NCBI GenBank assembly: GCA_947459075.1
Contig: CANHBJ010000001.1
Location: forward strand, 1-61,054
Direction: 5' to 3'
DNA length: 61,054 nt
Source of the DNA: Bacteroidota bacterium
Lineage (GTDB): Bacteria > Bacteroidota > Bacteroidia > UKL13-3
The position numbers and the translations under genes are program-made. This document shows positions 38,111 through 47,270 of this stretch, one piece after another (within the stretch, counting starts at the first letter, position 1; the number at the start of each line of letters is the position of its first letter). A model generated the notes under the pieces. That model searched no databases. It was not told where the DNA came from and worked only from the letters and a program-made list of their open reading frames with translations.

Positions 38111-39184
38111 ATGATGCAAGCACCTCAAGGTAAAATAGATATACGCTCCCTTAGTTTAGCCGAACTAAAAGATACCTTTACCCAAATGGATGAGAAGCCT
38201 TTTAGAGGAGGCCAAGTATATGAGTGGTTATGGAAAAAAAGCGCACATACTTTTGATGAAATGAGTAACTTGAGTAAAGAGTTGCGCGAAAAACTAAAAG
38301 AACATTTTGTAATACATGCTATTACGGTAGTGGATAAACAAGTGAGTAACGATCGTACTATTAAAAGTAGTTTTCGTTTACATGATGGGCATTTAATAGA
38401 GGGAGTATTAATACCTACCGAAGATAGGATGACTGCATGTGTATCGAGCCAAGTTGGATGTAGCTTAACATGTAAGTTTTGCGCAACTGGTAAAATGGAA
38501 AGAATACGTAATTTAACTCCTGCAGAAATTTATGACCAAGTGATACACATTCGTGAGTGGGCACAAAAACATTACGGTATAACGCTTACTAACATCGTAT
38601 TCATGGGCATGGGCGAACCACTATTGAATTACAACAATGTGCTTGCTGCTATAGATAAAATAACTGGAGAGGATGGATTGAATATGGCGAGCGACCGCAT
38701 AACAGTTAGTACCGCGGGCATTGCCAAGATGATTAAAAAACTAGCAGATGATAAGGTTAAATTTAATTTAGCTCTTTCTTTACATGCAGCCAACGATACC
38801 AAAAGAAATGTAATTATGCCTATTAACGAAAGTAATAGTTTAGAAAGCGTAATTGAAGCACTTGCTTATTTTAGGGCAAATGCAAAAGGTAAGCTAACAT
38901 TTGAGTATATCGCATTTAAAGACTTTAATGAGAGTATACAGGATGCTAAAGAGTTAATTGCAATTTGCAAAAAGGTTCCAGCCAAAGTAAATATTATAGA
39001 ATACAACCCTATTGGAGATGGAATTTTTAGTAAAGCTGATTCTTTAAAGGTAGATCAATTTCAGCGTTACTTGGAACGAAACGGAGTGATTGCAACAGTA
39101 AGAAGAAGTAGAGGTAAGGATATTGATGCAGCATGCGGGCAACTAGCCAATAAAAAGCACGAGAAAGCATTGATGGATAAATAA
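38111..39184 (+). CDS. rlmN: 23S rRNA/tRNA (adenine-C2)-methyltransferase RlmN (radical SAM).
   Basis: Radical SAM motif CSLTCKFCATG plus GMGEPL and C-terminal DIDAACGQL. The start is set at ATGATG (38111), downstream of the ORF-track start. Confidence 0.85.
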   Translation: MMQAPQGKIDIRSLSLAELKDTFTQMDEKPFRGGQVYEWLWKKSAHTFDEMSNLSKELREKLKEHFVIHAITVVDKQVSNDRTIKSSFRLHDGHLIEGVLIPTEDRMTACVSSQVGCSLTCKFCATGKMERIRNLTPAEIYDQVIHIREWAQKHYGITLTNIVFMGMGEPLLNYNNVLAAIDKITGEDGLNMASDRITVSTAGIAKMIKKLADDKVKFNLALSLHAANDTKRNVIMPINESNSLESVIEALAYFRANAKGKLTFEYIAFKDFNESIQDAKELIAICKKVPAKVNIIEYNPIGDGIFSKADSLKVDQFQRYLERNGVIATVRRSRGKDIDAACGQLANKKHEKALMDK

Positions 39185-39230
39185 TTTTCCTGATTATTCT
39201 CAATTTAATAATTTTTAAACATTAGAAGAT

Positions 39231-39238
39231 TAACTTTG
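39231..39238 (+). promoter_or_regulatory. TAnnTTTG -7 box upstream of the USP gene.
   Basis: TAACTTTG lies 21 nt upstream of the ATG at 39259. Confidence 0.45.
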
Positions 39239-39258
39239 GTTAAACAAATATATCCATT

Positions 39259-40089
39259 ATGATAAACGCTATTTTACTCCCAACCGATTTCTCAGATGTA
39301 GCCAACAATGCATTGCGCTATGCTGTTAAGTTAGCTGAAAAATGTGGTGCTGAATTACACATTTTACACATCAAACAAATACCTATTGCTGACCCTTCTT
39401 TTCCAGCTGAAGCTTATCAAATTTATGTTGATGAGATTGAAAAAGTAGAACAAGAAGGAGTTAACAAATTAAAATCTAGTTTTATTAAAGAGAGCTCAGC
39501 GGTTTGCCATTTTTATTCTGCAACAGGATTTGTTGCTGATGAAATCATGACGTTTTGCAAGTCACAGCCAATTGATTTAGTGGTAATGGGCACAACTGGA
39601 GCTAGTGGATTAGCAGAATTATTGGTTGGAAGTAATGCAGCCTCTGTAATTGGAAAATCAGAAGTACCAGTATTGGTTATTCCTCCTAATCATAATTACA
39701 AACCCATAAAGCATGTGATGTATGCAACAGATTTTAATGAGCCTGAATTACCAGCGGCCACACGTTTGCTTTATTTTGCAGAATTGTACGATGCTAAAAT
39801 AACAGTATTACATGTTAAAAATGATTACGACAGGTATTTTAATGCTGATAATAACTACTTCTTAAAAAACAAGGAAAGTTTATCTAAACACAATATTACT
39901 TTGATACATGAAGAAAGTGATGATGTAATAAGCACAATAGATAAGTATATTGATGAACATCATGTTGATTTGTTAGTAATGGCAAAACACAAAAGAGGTT
40001 TTTTCGATAGATTATTTCACCGTAGTTTGAGCAAAAGAATGGCTTACCATACCAAAACGCCACTGTTAGTTTTAAATAAAGAGCAATAA
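39259..40089 (+). CDS. Universal stress protein with tandem Usp domains.
   Basis: ILLPTDFSDVANNALRYA..., GTTGASGL, and a second domain with LLVMAKHKRG. Confidence 0.8.
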   Translation: MINAILLPTDFSDVANNALRYAVKLAEKCGAELHILHIKQIPIADPSFPAEAYQIYVDEIEKVEQEGVNKLKSSFIKESSAVCHFYSATGFVADEIMTFCKSQPIDLVVMGTTGASGLAELLVGSNAASVIGKSEVPVLVIPPNHNYKPIKHVMYATDFNEPELPAATRLLYFAELYDAKITVLHVKNDYDRYFNADNNYFLKNKESLSKHNITLIHEESDDVISTIDKYIDEHHVDLLVMAKHKRGFFDRLFHRSLSKRMAYHTKTPLLVLNKEQ

Positions 40090-40102
40090 TTTTACACAAT
40101 TT

Positions 40103-40135
40103 AAAGCCCCCTTAAGTTTAACTTAAGGGGGCTTT
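40103..40135. terminator. Hairpin terminator between convergent genes.
   Basis: A 14-bp stem, aaagcccccttaag pairing with cttaagggggcttt. The flanking T/A runs are short. Confidence 0.65.
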
Positions 40136-40160
40136 TATATTTATAAATAATTTTACATTA

Positions 40161-40610
40161 TTAACGTTCAAGTAATTTATTACAAACAAATTTATCAATA
40201 GGAAACGTCATTAGGTCAAGTTTTAATTTATTTAATTCAATCCACTCAAATCTGAGTAGCTCTGTCCTATTTCCATTGTTCAATACTTGATTTTCTAACG
40301 TTACTGTTCTCCAATCATTTTTTGCTGCTACTTTATAGTAAACAGATATCAACTGATCATTAGGTTTGAATGCACTAGACTGAAAAAAATCTGTGGTGTA
40401 AAAGTGCTCAACAACATGAATATCTAATCCTGTTTCTTCATCAAATTCTCTTATCAAGCAATCTAATATACCTTCTCCGTACTCAAGTCCACCTCCAGGA
40501 AATTTTGTAAATTTAAAATCATTGATTTGCTCATGAACCACCAAAATTTGGTTTATATCATTCATCAATAACCCATATACCCTTATATTAAAACGGCTTA
40601 TAATAGACAC
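40161..40610 (-). CDS. NUDIX hydrolase.
   Basis: Nudix box GGGLEYGEGILDCLIREFDEETGL. Probable GTG start. Confidence 0.8.
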   Translation of the reverse strand: MSIISRFNIRVYGLLMNDINQILVVHEQINDFKFTKFPGGGLEYGEGILDCLIREFDEETGLDIHVVEHFYTTDFFQSSAFKPNDQLISVYYKVAAKNDWRTVTLENQVLNNGNRTELLRFEWIELNKLKLDLMTFPIDKFVCNKLLER

Positions 40611-41404
40611 TAGTCTTTAAATTTGTTTAAATCAAACACTAACCCAGCATGCACCATTACACTATAAGGCATTACATTAATTTGACCGCTAGTAACACTC
40701 ATTGGATGAATAGTGTATATAGGTTGAACAATAATGGTAGTTTCTTTATCAAGTTTATGAATCACCTTGAAGCCGAGATTTAATTGCATTGAAAAAGCTC
40801 GGGCTTCATAACCAGTATTATTGATTTGAAATTTTTCTTTTCCATCGATGCTAAAATTATCTAACCGAGCTGTGAGTTGATGCTTTATTAAAACATTAGC
40901 GGCAACTCCCCCAGTAAATTGATACATGGTTTTATAATCTTTACTTTTATACAACTCATAATTGAACCAAACCGGAATGTCAAGGTAATGAAATCTGTAG
41001 TCGTAATTTATATTTTTTTCTACGTTTGTTTTATCTAAAATCTTGCCTTCACCAATTTCCTTGTGTATATATTCTCCATCCTGTAAATTATTTTGTTCTC
41101 TTCTAAAACCCATATCTAAGTAACCTAAACCGGCTTGCATAGTCCAGTTAAAACCTAACGTTTTATTATACCAAGCATGCGCACTTAAGTTTAAACGCAT
41201 TGTTTGGTTATTTTTAGCGTCATTATTAAATTGTTCGTATGTTATTGGTTTTTGGCGGTCATCATAAATTAATTGAGAACTTGAAGTTGTTGTTGCACCT
41301 GTAAATCCACCTCCTAAAGTTATACTGTAATAGGAATCGTCCATACTCTGACCAAGAGCGGATAAAGAAATAAAAGTTAGGGCACCAAGTAAAAAATTAC
41401 GCAT
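40610..41404 (-). CDS. Outer-membrane beta-barrel protein (function unknown).
   Basis: Signal peptide MRNFLLGALTFISLSALGQ, alternating beta-strand pattern, and an aromatic residue near the C-terminus. Confidence 0.55.
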   Translation of the reverse strand: MRNFLLGALTFISLSALGQSMDDSYYSITLGGGFTGATTTSSSQLIYDDRQKPITYEQFNNDAKNNQTMRLNLSAHAWYNKTLGFNWTMQAGLGYLDMGFRREQNNLQDGEYIHKEIGEGKILDKTNVEKNINYDYRFHYLDIPVWFNYELYKSKDYKTMYQFTGGVAANVLIKHQLTARLDNFSIDGKEKFQINNTGYEARAFSMQLNLGFKVIHKLDKETTIIVQPIYTIHPMSVTSGQINVMPYSVMVHAGLVFDLNKFKD

Positions 41405-41453
41405 ATTTATTTATTTGGTAGCGAAAATAATAAATTAGGTTTGTATGGAGAAT

Positions 41454-42539
41454 TTAATTTTGACGGTTAATACTCAACCTTAAAGAAATGATATTAGATA
41501 ACGGCAAAGTACCCGATCCTTTACCAACATCAGCTAGGGCATAATCAACACATAGATTATTTAATTTAATTCCGATTCCTAATGTTGGCAATACAGAATA
41601 GGTTTCTGTTCCATCTATATTTTTCTTAGTTTGAAATTGACTTATGCCTCCACGTAAAAAAACAAATTCTTTGTATCCCACCTCTATACCCATTTTGGTA
41701 TCAATGCTTGTAAAATCAGAACCAATTAATGTATTTCTTTTACCATCAAATGTGAACTCTGCATTTAGCTCAGGTTGTATAGAAAACATATCTTTATACA
41801 CATTAAATTTTCGGTTAAAACCCAATCCTAATTTTGGTACAGTAAGCTCTAAATTATTTGAAGGAAGTTGATTATTAGTGGCTACAAAAACTTGTTTATC
41901 TTGCTCGCTAAAGGTGTATTGCCAAGCATTAAAAGTAGACGTTGCATCGCGTAATACGGCACCTAAATTCCATTTCTTATATTTATACTTCACACCTAAA
42001 TCAAAACCAAATCCCCAAGCATTAGCAAAATCACCAACTACCCTCCTGATTACTTTCACACTTCCACCTGCTGTTAAACCCTCAAGAGGTAATACCCTTG
42101 CATAAGAACCAATAAAAGCATAATCAACTGCCGAAAAATTTACAATACGTGAGTAATCAGCAACACCATTTTGAAATAAATTTAATGTATTAGGTATATC
42201 ATCTATTCCATATCTAACAAGACTAAAAGCCATAACACTTTTGTCATTTATTTTAAAAGATCCTGCACCATAATCGTGTTTAGCAATTCCAGCAAACTGT
42301 TCATTATGCATAAAGCTTAGCTGGATATTATCTTTTATTTCAACTAAACCTGCAGGATTCCAGTAACCAGCAGTCACATCATTAACAGATGAAACAACTG
42401 CACCACCCATACCATAAGCTCTAGCTCCTATGCCTAAAGATAAAAATTCATTACTGTATTTATACACCTGACCATGAACCAATGGGGTAAGGCCTAAAAA
42501 TAATATTAATGCTGTAACTACTTTACACAGCTTTACCAT
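41454..42539 (-). CDS. PorV/PorQ/FadL-like outer-membrane beta-barrel protein.
   Basis: Signal peptide, then the N-terminal motif FLSLGIGARAYGMGGAVVSSVNDVTAGYWNPAGL, which is typical of the FadL/PorV/PorQ superfamily. The subfamily is not resolved. Confidence 0.5.
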   Translation of the reverse strand: MVKLCKVVTALILFLGLTPLVHGQVYKYSNEFLSLGIGARAYGMGGAVVSSVNDVTAGYWNPAGLVEIKDNIQLSFMHNEQFAGIAKHDYGAGSFKINDKSVMAFSLVRYGIDDIPNTLNLFQNGVADYSRIVNFSAVDYAFIGSYARVLPLEGLTAGGSVKVIRRVVGDFANAWGFGFDLGVKYKYKKWNLGAVLRDATSTFNAWQYTFSEQDKQVFVATNNQLPSNNLELTVPKLGLGFNRKFNVYKDMFSIQPELNAEFTFDGKRNTLIGSDFTSIDTKMGIEVGYKEFVFLRGGISQFQTKKNIDGTETYSVLPTLGIGIKLNNLCVDYALADVGKGSGTLPLSNIISLRLSINRQN

Positions 42540-43195
42540 TTTATACTTTGTTTTAAATTTATAATCAAACTACTTATATTTTCTGATAGTTTTTCCTCTA
42601 ATAAAAGTGTTGCATCACACAAAACTTCTTGGTTAAAATCGCTAATAGGTTTAACCCCTGCCTTTATCATAATTCTATTTAACGAATACACAAATTTATT
42701 ATTATCTGTATAATAATATATGTATTGCACTTTGCGAAAATGGTTAAAAAACTCGAAAAACTCTTCAATATCTTTCATTCCGTACAAAGTTAAGAAGGTA
42801 GCCAAGTCATCATCGTTAATTGAATTTAATGACTTGTAGAACTTATCAAGCGTATCTGGGTATAATCTCACCAAAATCCTATCTAACATTAACTCGACTA
42901 AAATGTGTGCAAGAAACCACTTCCTATTTAAATCATGATTAAACTTAGCATTATTTATAATTGAGGAAGATTGATTTAGAATATCATTGAAAAACTCCGA
43001 GGCATGAAATTTTTTATCAGCATGATAATGGGCTGCACAACCATCAAAAAAATTTTGATTTGAAGCGGTATCAAAAAATTGAATTTGTCGAAATGATTTT
43101 ATTTTACCACGAGTAATATCAGGTAATAATAACCCCGTATTAAACTCATGTTGATTATCTATTCCATCAACAAAAAAATGTGAAAAGTAGTTCAA
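42533..43195 (-). CDS. Hypothetical protein, possibly related to acyl carrier protein phosphodiesterase (AcpH/DUF479).
   Basis: The N-terminus MNYFSHFF...LLLPDITRG...HYHADKKFH loosely parallels E. coli AcpH (MNFLAHLHL...LLADFVRG...HRRID) from memory. Confidence 0.35.
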   Translation of the reverse strand: MNYFSHFFVDGIDNQHEFNTGLLLPDITRGKIKSFRQIQFFDTASNQNFFDGCAAHYHADKKFHASEFFNDILNQSSSIINNAKFNHDLNRKWFLAHILVELMLDRILVRLYPDTLDKFYKSLNSINDDDLATFLTLYGMKDIEEFFEFFNHFRKVQYIYYYTDNNKFVYSLNRIMIKAGVKPISDFNQEVLCDATLLLEEKLSENISSLIINLKQSIKW

Positions 43196-43199
43196 TGGT

Positions 43200-43352
43200 T
43201 TAATTACGCTTTCTTACCAAGCCATTCTTTTTATATTCAACACGGTTTCCTCCTTTAGCACCATCAAAGGTAGGACACTTTTTTGCTTTACATCCCCCAA
43301 AAGGTATAAGCAGTGCTACACATAAAAATATAACCAAAGTTTTTAAGTACAT
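43200..43352 (-). CDS. Small putative lipoprotein.
   Basis: From the internal Met: MYLKTLVIFLCVALLIPFGGC... (lipobox). About 50 aa. Confidence 0.4.
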   Translation of the reverse strand: MYLKTLVIFLCVALLIPFGGCKAKKCPTFDGAKGGNRVEYKKNGLVRKRN

Positions 43353-43380
43353 GTTTAGATGAATTATGATACATGCAATA

Positions 43381-43419
43381 TAAAAAAAAATCCCGTGCCT
43401 AGGCAACGGGATTTTTTTT
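43381..43419 (-). terminator. Rho-independent terminator downstream of the H1-like gene.
   Basis: Hairpin atcccgt-gcctaggca-acgggat (43390-43411), flanked by A9 and T8 runs. Confidence 0.85.
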
Positions 43420-43439
43420 GAAAAGAGTTATTCCTAATA

Positions 43440-43739
43440 TTATTTCTTAGGTGCAGCTTTCTTAGCAGCAGCTTTCTTAGGAGCAGCTTTCTTAGGAGCA
43501 GCTTTCTTAGGAGCAGCTTTCTTAGGAGCGGCTTTCTTAGGAGCAGCTTTTTTAGGAGCGGCTTTCTTAGCTGCAGCTTTTTTAGGTGCTGCTTTTTTAG
43601 GTGCTGCTTTTTTAGGAGCGGCTTTCTTAGCTGCAGCTTTTTTAGGTGCTGCTTTTTTAGGTGCTGCTTTTTTAGGAGCGGCTTTCTTTGGAGCAGCAGA
43701 TTTTGCTGGTGCTGCTTTTTTAGTTTTCTTAGTTGCCAT
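43440..43739 (-). CDS. Histone H1-like / AlgP-like KKAAP-repeat basic protein.
   Basis: 99 aa: MATKKTKKAAPAKSAAPKKAAPKK(AAPKK)n. A strong terminator lies downstream. Confidence 0.75.
   Translation of the reverse strand: MATKKTKKAAPAKSAAPKKAAPKKAAPKKAAPKKAAAKKAAPKKAAPKKAAPKKAAAKKAAPKKAAPKKAAPKKAAPKKAAPKKAAPKKAAAKKAAPKK
43443..43700. repeat. 15-bp tandem repeat array (pentapeptide KKAAP/KKAAA), including an exact 60-bp duplication.
   Basis: Positions 43561-43620 and 43621-43680 are identical. The flanking units are gctttcttaggagca variants. Confidence 0.9.
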
Positions 43740-44373
43740 GTTTTAAAAATTTATTTGATTGATTACATGAACAAATTTATACGAGTGTTTATACATTTCA
43801 AATACATGCACACAATCAGCTACTAAAAATAGTCACGTTGTTTTGTTGATAACCATAATTTTCTTCATCAAAGTATTGGTTTATCAGGCATTTTCAAGAG
43901 ATATTAGTTACATGAATCACACATAAAATTGTTAGTCACAACATATTCACAAACAATTTTAATAATCATTACTTCAAATAAAATATTAAAAATATAATGT
44001 GCTTTAATCCCTGTTAAATGCTGTAAATATAAGCATCTTCATGCATTACATGAATTATATAATATCACATTAAACAAATAACATATCACATAATGCAACA
44101 ACAACTACATCAATACAAAAATACTTTTCGTGTATATTTTTTTTTACACTTGATTCAGATTGTTTATATATCGACTTCAAAAACACAAACTTTAAAAGGG
44201 ATATATTTTTCATTAGTTACAAACCAATTTATATTTTAATATTTTTAAAAAAAAGATACCAAATATTCAATGTGGTTATTCACACTTTTTTTTATTTAAT
44301 AAAAAAAATATTTTACCTATTAACCAAAAAACACAAACAGTAACTATTATTGAAACACTAATTGAAAAACAAT

Positions 44374-45618
44374 ATGCGTGCAGAAATCATCACAATTGGA
44401 GATGAGATTTTAATAGGGCAAATAATAGATACGAACTCGAGTTGGCTAGGCCAAGAACTAAGTAAAATGGGCATACAAGTTGTACATCGCACTTCAGTAT
44501 CTGATAACGCGCAGGCCATCATAAATGCATTAAACAGTGCCAAACTTAGAGCAGATGTTATTATTACTACAGGTGGATTAGGTCCAACTAAAGATGACAT
44601 TACTAAACATACTTTTGCTAATTACTTTAATACTGAACTTATTTTAAACCAAGAAGTATTAACATGGGTACGAGATATTTTTAAACGCAGAAACTTACCT
44701 ATGGTTGATAGTAATAATGCGCAAGCAATGGTACCCAAAAATTGTGAGGTACTTTTTAACAGAAGTGGAACAGCTCCTGGAATGTGGTTTGATGAAGAAG
44801 GGAAAATTTTCATTAGCATGCCAGGGGTACCTTTTGAAATGAAAGTAATTTTTGAAGAGCAATGTATACCTCGCTTGCACAAACGTTTTTCTTTACCTGT
44901 AATTATTCATCGTACTATTTTAACTTGTAACATAGGCGAGAGTTTTTTAGCACAAAAAATAGAAACAATTGAAAATAATTTACCTCCACATATTAAATTA
45001 GCATACCTACCTTCTGTTGGTATGGTAAGGTTGCGACTTAGCGGTACACATTCTCATTATGCAACTTTAAAAGAAGAAATAGATGAAATTATAACCACAT
45101 TATATAGTACTATAAGTGAACATATTTATGGCGAAGAAAATGATTCGTTAGAACATGTTGTTGGTGTATTATTAAAATCATTAAACACAACTTTATCAAC
45201 TGCAGAAAGTTGTACTGGTGGATATATATCACACCTTATTACTTCTATACCCGGAAGCTCATCATATTATATGGGAAGCATAATTAGCTACTCAAACGAA
45301 GTGAAGATAAATGAACTTGGCGTATCATCACAAATATTAAATACCAATGGTGCAGTTAGCGAAGCTTGTATAATACAAATGGCAGAAGGGGTAAGAAAAA
45401 AATTAAATACTGATTATGCTATTGCCACAAGTGGCATTGCAGGACCAGATGGAGGCACCCCTGATAAACCAGTTGGAACTGTTTGGATAGCAGTAAGCGG
45501 AAAAAAGGGAACCATTGCAAAACAATTTAACATGGGAGATCATCGCGAAAGAACTATTCATAGAAGTGCCATACAAGGATTGGATATGTTACGAAAAATG
45601 TTGCTTGAAGAAATTTAA
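44374..45618 (+). CDS. cinA: CinA-family competence/damage-inducible protein (MoCF-binding domain plus nicotinamide-nucleotide amidase domain).
   Basis: Starts MRAEIITIGDEILIGQIIDTNS (the start is set at the ATG at 44374). The C-terminal domain has AESCTGG. Confidence 0.85.
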   Translation: MRAEIITIGDEILIGQIIDTNSSWLGQELSKMGIQVVHRTSVSDNAQAIINALNSAKLRADVIITTGGLGPTKDDITKHTFANYFNTELILNQEVLTWVRDIFKRRNLPMVDSNNAQAMVPKNCEVLFNRSGTAPGMWFDEEGKIFISMPGVPFEMKVIFEEQCIPRLHKRFSLPVIIHRTILTCNIGESFLAQKIETIENNLPPHIKLAYLPSVGMVRLRLSGTHSHYATLKEEIDEIITTLYSTISEHIYGEENDSLEHVVGVLLKSLNTTLSTAESCTGGYISHLITSIPGSSSYYMGSIISYSNEVKINELGVSSQILNTNGAVSEACIIQMAEGVRKKLNTDYAIATSGIAGPDGGTPDKPVGTVWIAVSGKKGTIAKQFNMGDHRERTIHRSAIQGLDMLRKMLLEEI

Positions 45619-45669
45619 GTAAAAAAGTTAGTTAGCAGAATATAACAAAGGTATTCCACTAATTAGCCT

Positions 45670-45677
45670 TACCTTTG
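45670..45677 (+). promoter_or_regulatory. TAnnTTTG -7 box upstream of the DEAD-box helicase gene.
   Basis: TACCTTTG lies 42 nt upstream of the ATG at 45719. Confidence 0.4.
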
Positions 45678-45718
45678 TATAAAGTAAGATTACATATTAA
45701 TATTACTTTGTATATAAC

Positions 45719-47050
45719 ATGACATTTGACGAATTAAATTTAATTGATCCCATTTTAAAAGCACTTAAAGAAGAAGGCTATACCAATCCAACTCCTATAC
45801 AAGCGCAAGCTATTCCATCATTATTACAAGGAAAAGATTTATTAGGTTGTGCCCAAACTGGTACAGGTAAAACAGCAGCATTTGCAATTCCTATTTTACA
45901 ATTATTGTATAACGATCGTGAACAAGAACGTAAACGCAAACTAATATCGACACTAGTACTTACCCCAACAAGAGAGTTGGCAATACAAATTGGTGATAGT
46001 TTTGAATCTTATGGCAAATACACTGGACTTAAACACACCGTAATATTTGGTGGTGTTTCTCAACATAGCCAAACCAATGCATTAAAACACGGTTTTGATA
46101 TTCTAATTGCAACTCCTGGTAGGTTATTGGATTTAATGCAGCAAGGATTTGTAGACCTAAACCATATTAAGTTATTTGTTTTAGATGAAGCAGATCGTAT
46201 GCTTGATATGGGTTTTGTTCATGATGTAAAACGAGTACTTGCTAAACTACCCAAACAAAAACAATCATTGTTTTTTTCGGCAACTATGCCACCCGAAATT
46301 GTTAAGTTGGCTAACACCATTTTACACAATCCTATAAAAGTTGAAGTAACACCAGTATCATCAACAGCAGAAAAAGTAACGCAACAATTGTACTATATTG
46401 ACAAGACGAATAAAAAATCTTTGTTAATTGATTTACTCAAAAAGAAAGACATGCATAGTGTTTTGATTTTTGCACGCACCAAACATGGCGCAGATAGGAT
46501 TGCAAAAGATTTAACCAAACAAGGTTTTAAAACTGCTGCTATACATGGAGACAAATCTCAAAATGCTCGTCAAAATGCATTGAACGATTTTAAAAATGGA
46601 GTAATCAGAAGTTTGGTTGCAACAGATATTGCTGCACGAGGAATTGATATTGATAATTTAAGCCACGTGATAAATTATGAAGTACCAAATCAAGCAGAAA
46701 CATATGTGCATCGTATTGGGCGAACAGGGCGTGCTGCAGCAAGTGGAATTGCAATTAGTTTTTGTGATGCTGAAGAGCGAGAATACATCCGAGATATTGA
46801 AAAATTAATTGGGCAAAAAATACCTGTAATTGAAAAACATCCTTACCCGATGCAAAATTTCACTCCTGCCCCAAAAAACACAAATGACAGAAGGCATCAA
46901 AAAAAGGGTGAACACCAAACAAAAGCGAAAGCCACCAATAACAATAATGGTGGGCGAAAATTTAAAGGTGATGTTTCTAAAAGCGAAAACAGACCGCAAG
47001 GCGATAAAAAGTTTAGCGGCAAACCTAAGTTTAACTCCAATAAATATTAA
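45719..47050 (+). CDS. DEAD-box ATP-dependent RNA helicase (RhlE-like) with a basic C-terminal tail.
   Basis: Motifs AQTGTGKT, PTRELA, DEAD, SAT and HRIGRTGRA. Confidence 0.9.
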   Translation: MTFDELNLIDPILKALKEEGYTNPTPIQAQAIPSLLQGKDLLGCAQTGTGKTAAFAIPILQLLYNDREQERKRKLISTLVLTPTRELAIQIGDSFESYGKYTGLKHTVIFGGVSQHSQTNALKHGFDILIATPGRLLDLMQQGFVDLNHIKLFVLDEADRMLDMGFVHDVKRVLAKLPKQKQSLFFSATMPPEIVKLANTILHNPIKVEVTPVSSTAEKVTQQLYYIDKTNKKSLLIDLLKKKDMHSVLIFARTKHGADRIAKDLTKQGFKTAAIHGDKSQNARQNALNDFKNGVIRSLVATDIAARGIDIDNLSHVINYEVPNQAETYVHRIGRTGRAAASGIAISFCDAEEREYIRDIEKLIGQKIPVIEKHPYPMQNFTPAPKNTNDRRHQKKGEHQTKAKATNNNNGGRKFKGDVSKSENRPQGDKKFSGKPKFNSNKY

Positions 47051-47270
47051 ATAACTAATTGGAATTTAAAGTCGGGCATTTTAAAGCATAAAGTCTTATG
47101 CAATAAACGGCTTCATAAAATATATTTGATTAGTTTAATAATCATTGGCATAAGTCGGGCAAAAAATTAAATTTGCCCAAACATTTATTGGTGTAAAATT
47201 AGCAAACAGCACATTTTCAAAGAAATAGTACTATGTTAATTTTCGCTTATGCATAAACTGACTAAATATT

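Noticed and set aside
43740-44373. The long AT-rich intergenic region could be a chromosomal replication origin (oriC).
   Set aside because: There is only one match to TTATNCACA (TTATTCACA, around 44276) and two one-mismatch sites. No dnaA or dnaN neighbourhood is present, and GC skew cannot be computed here. The evidence is insufficient.
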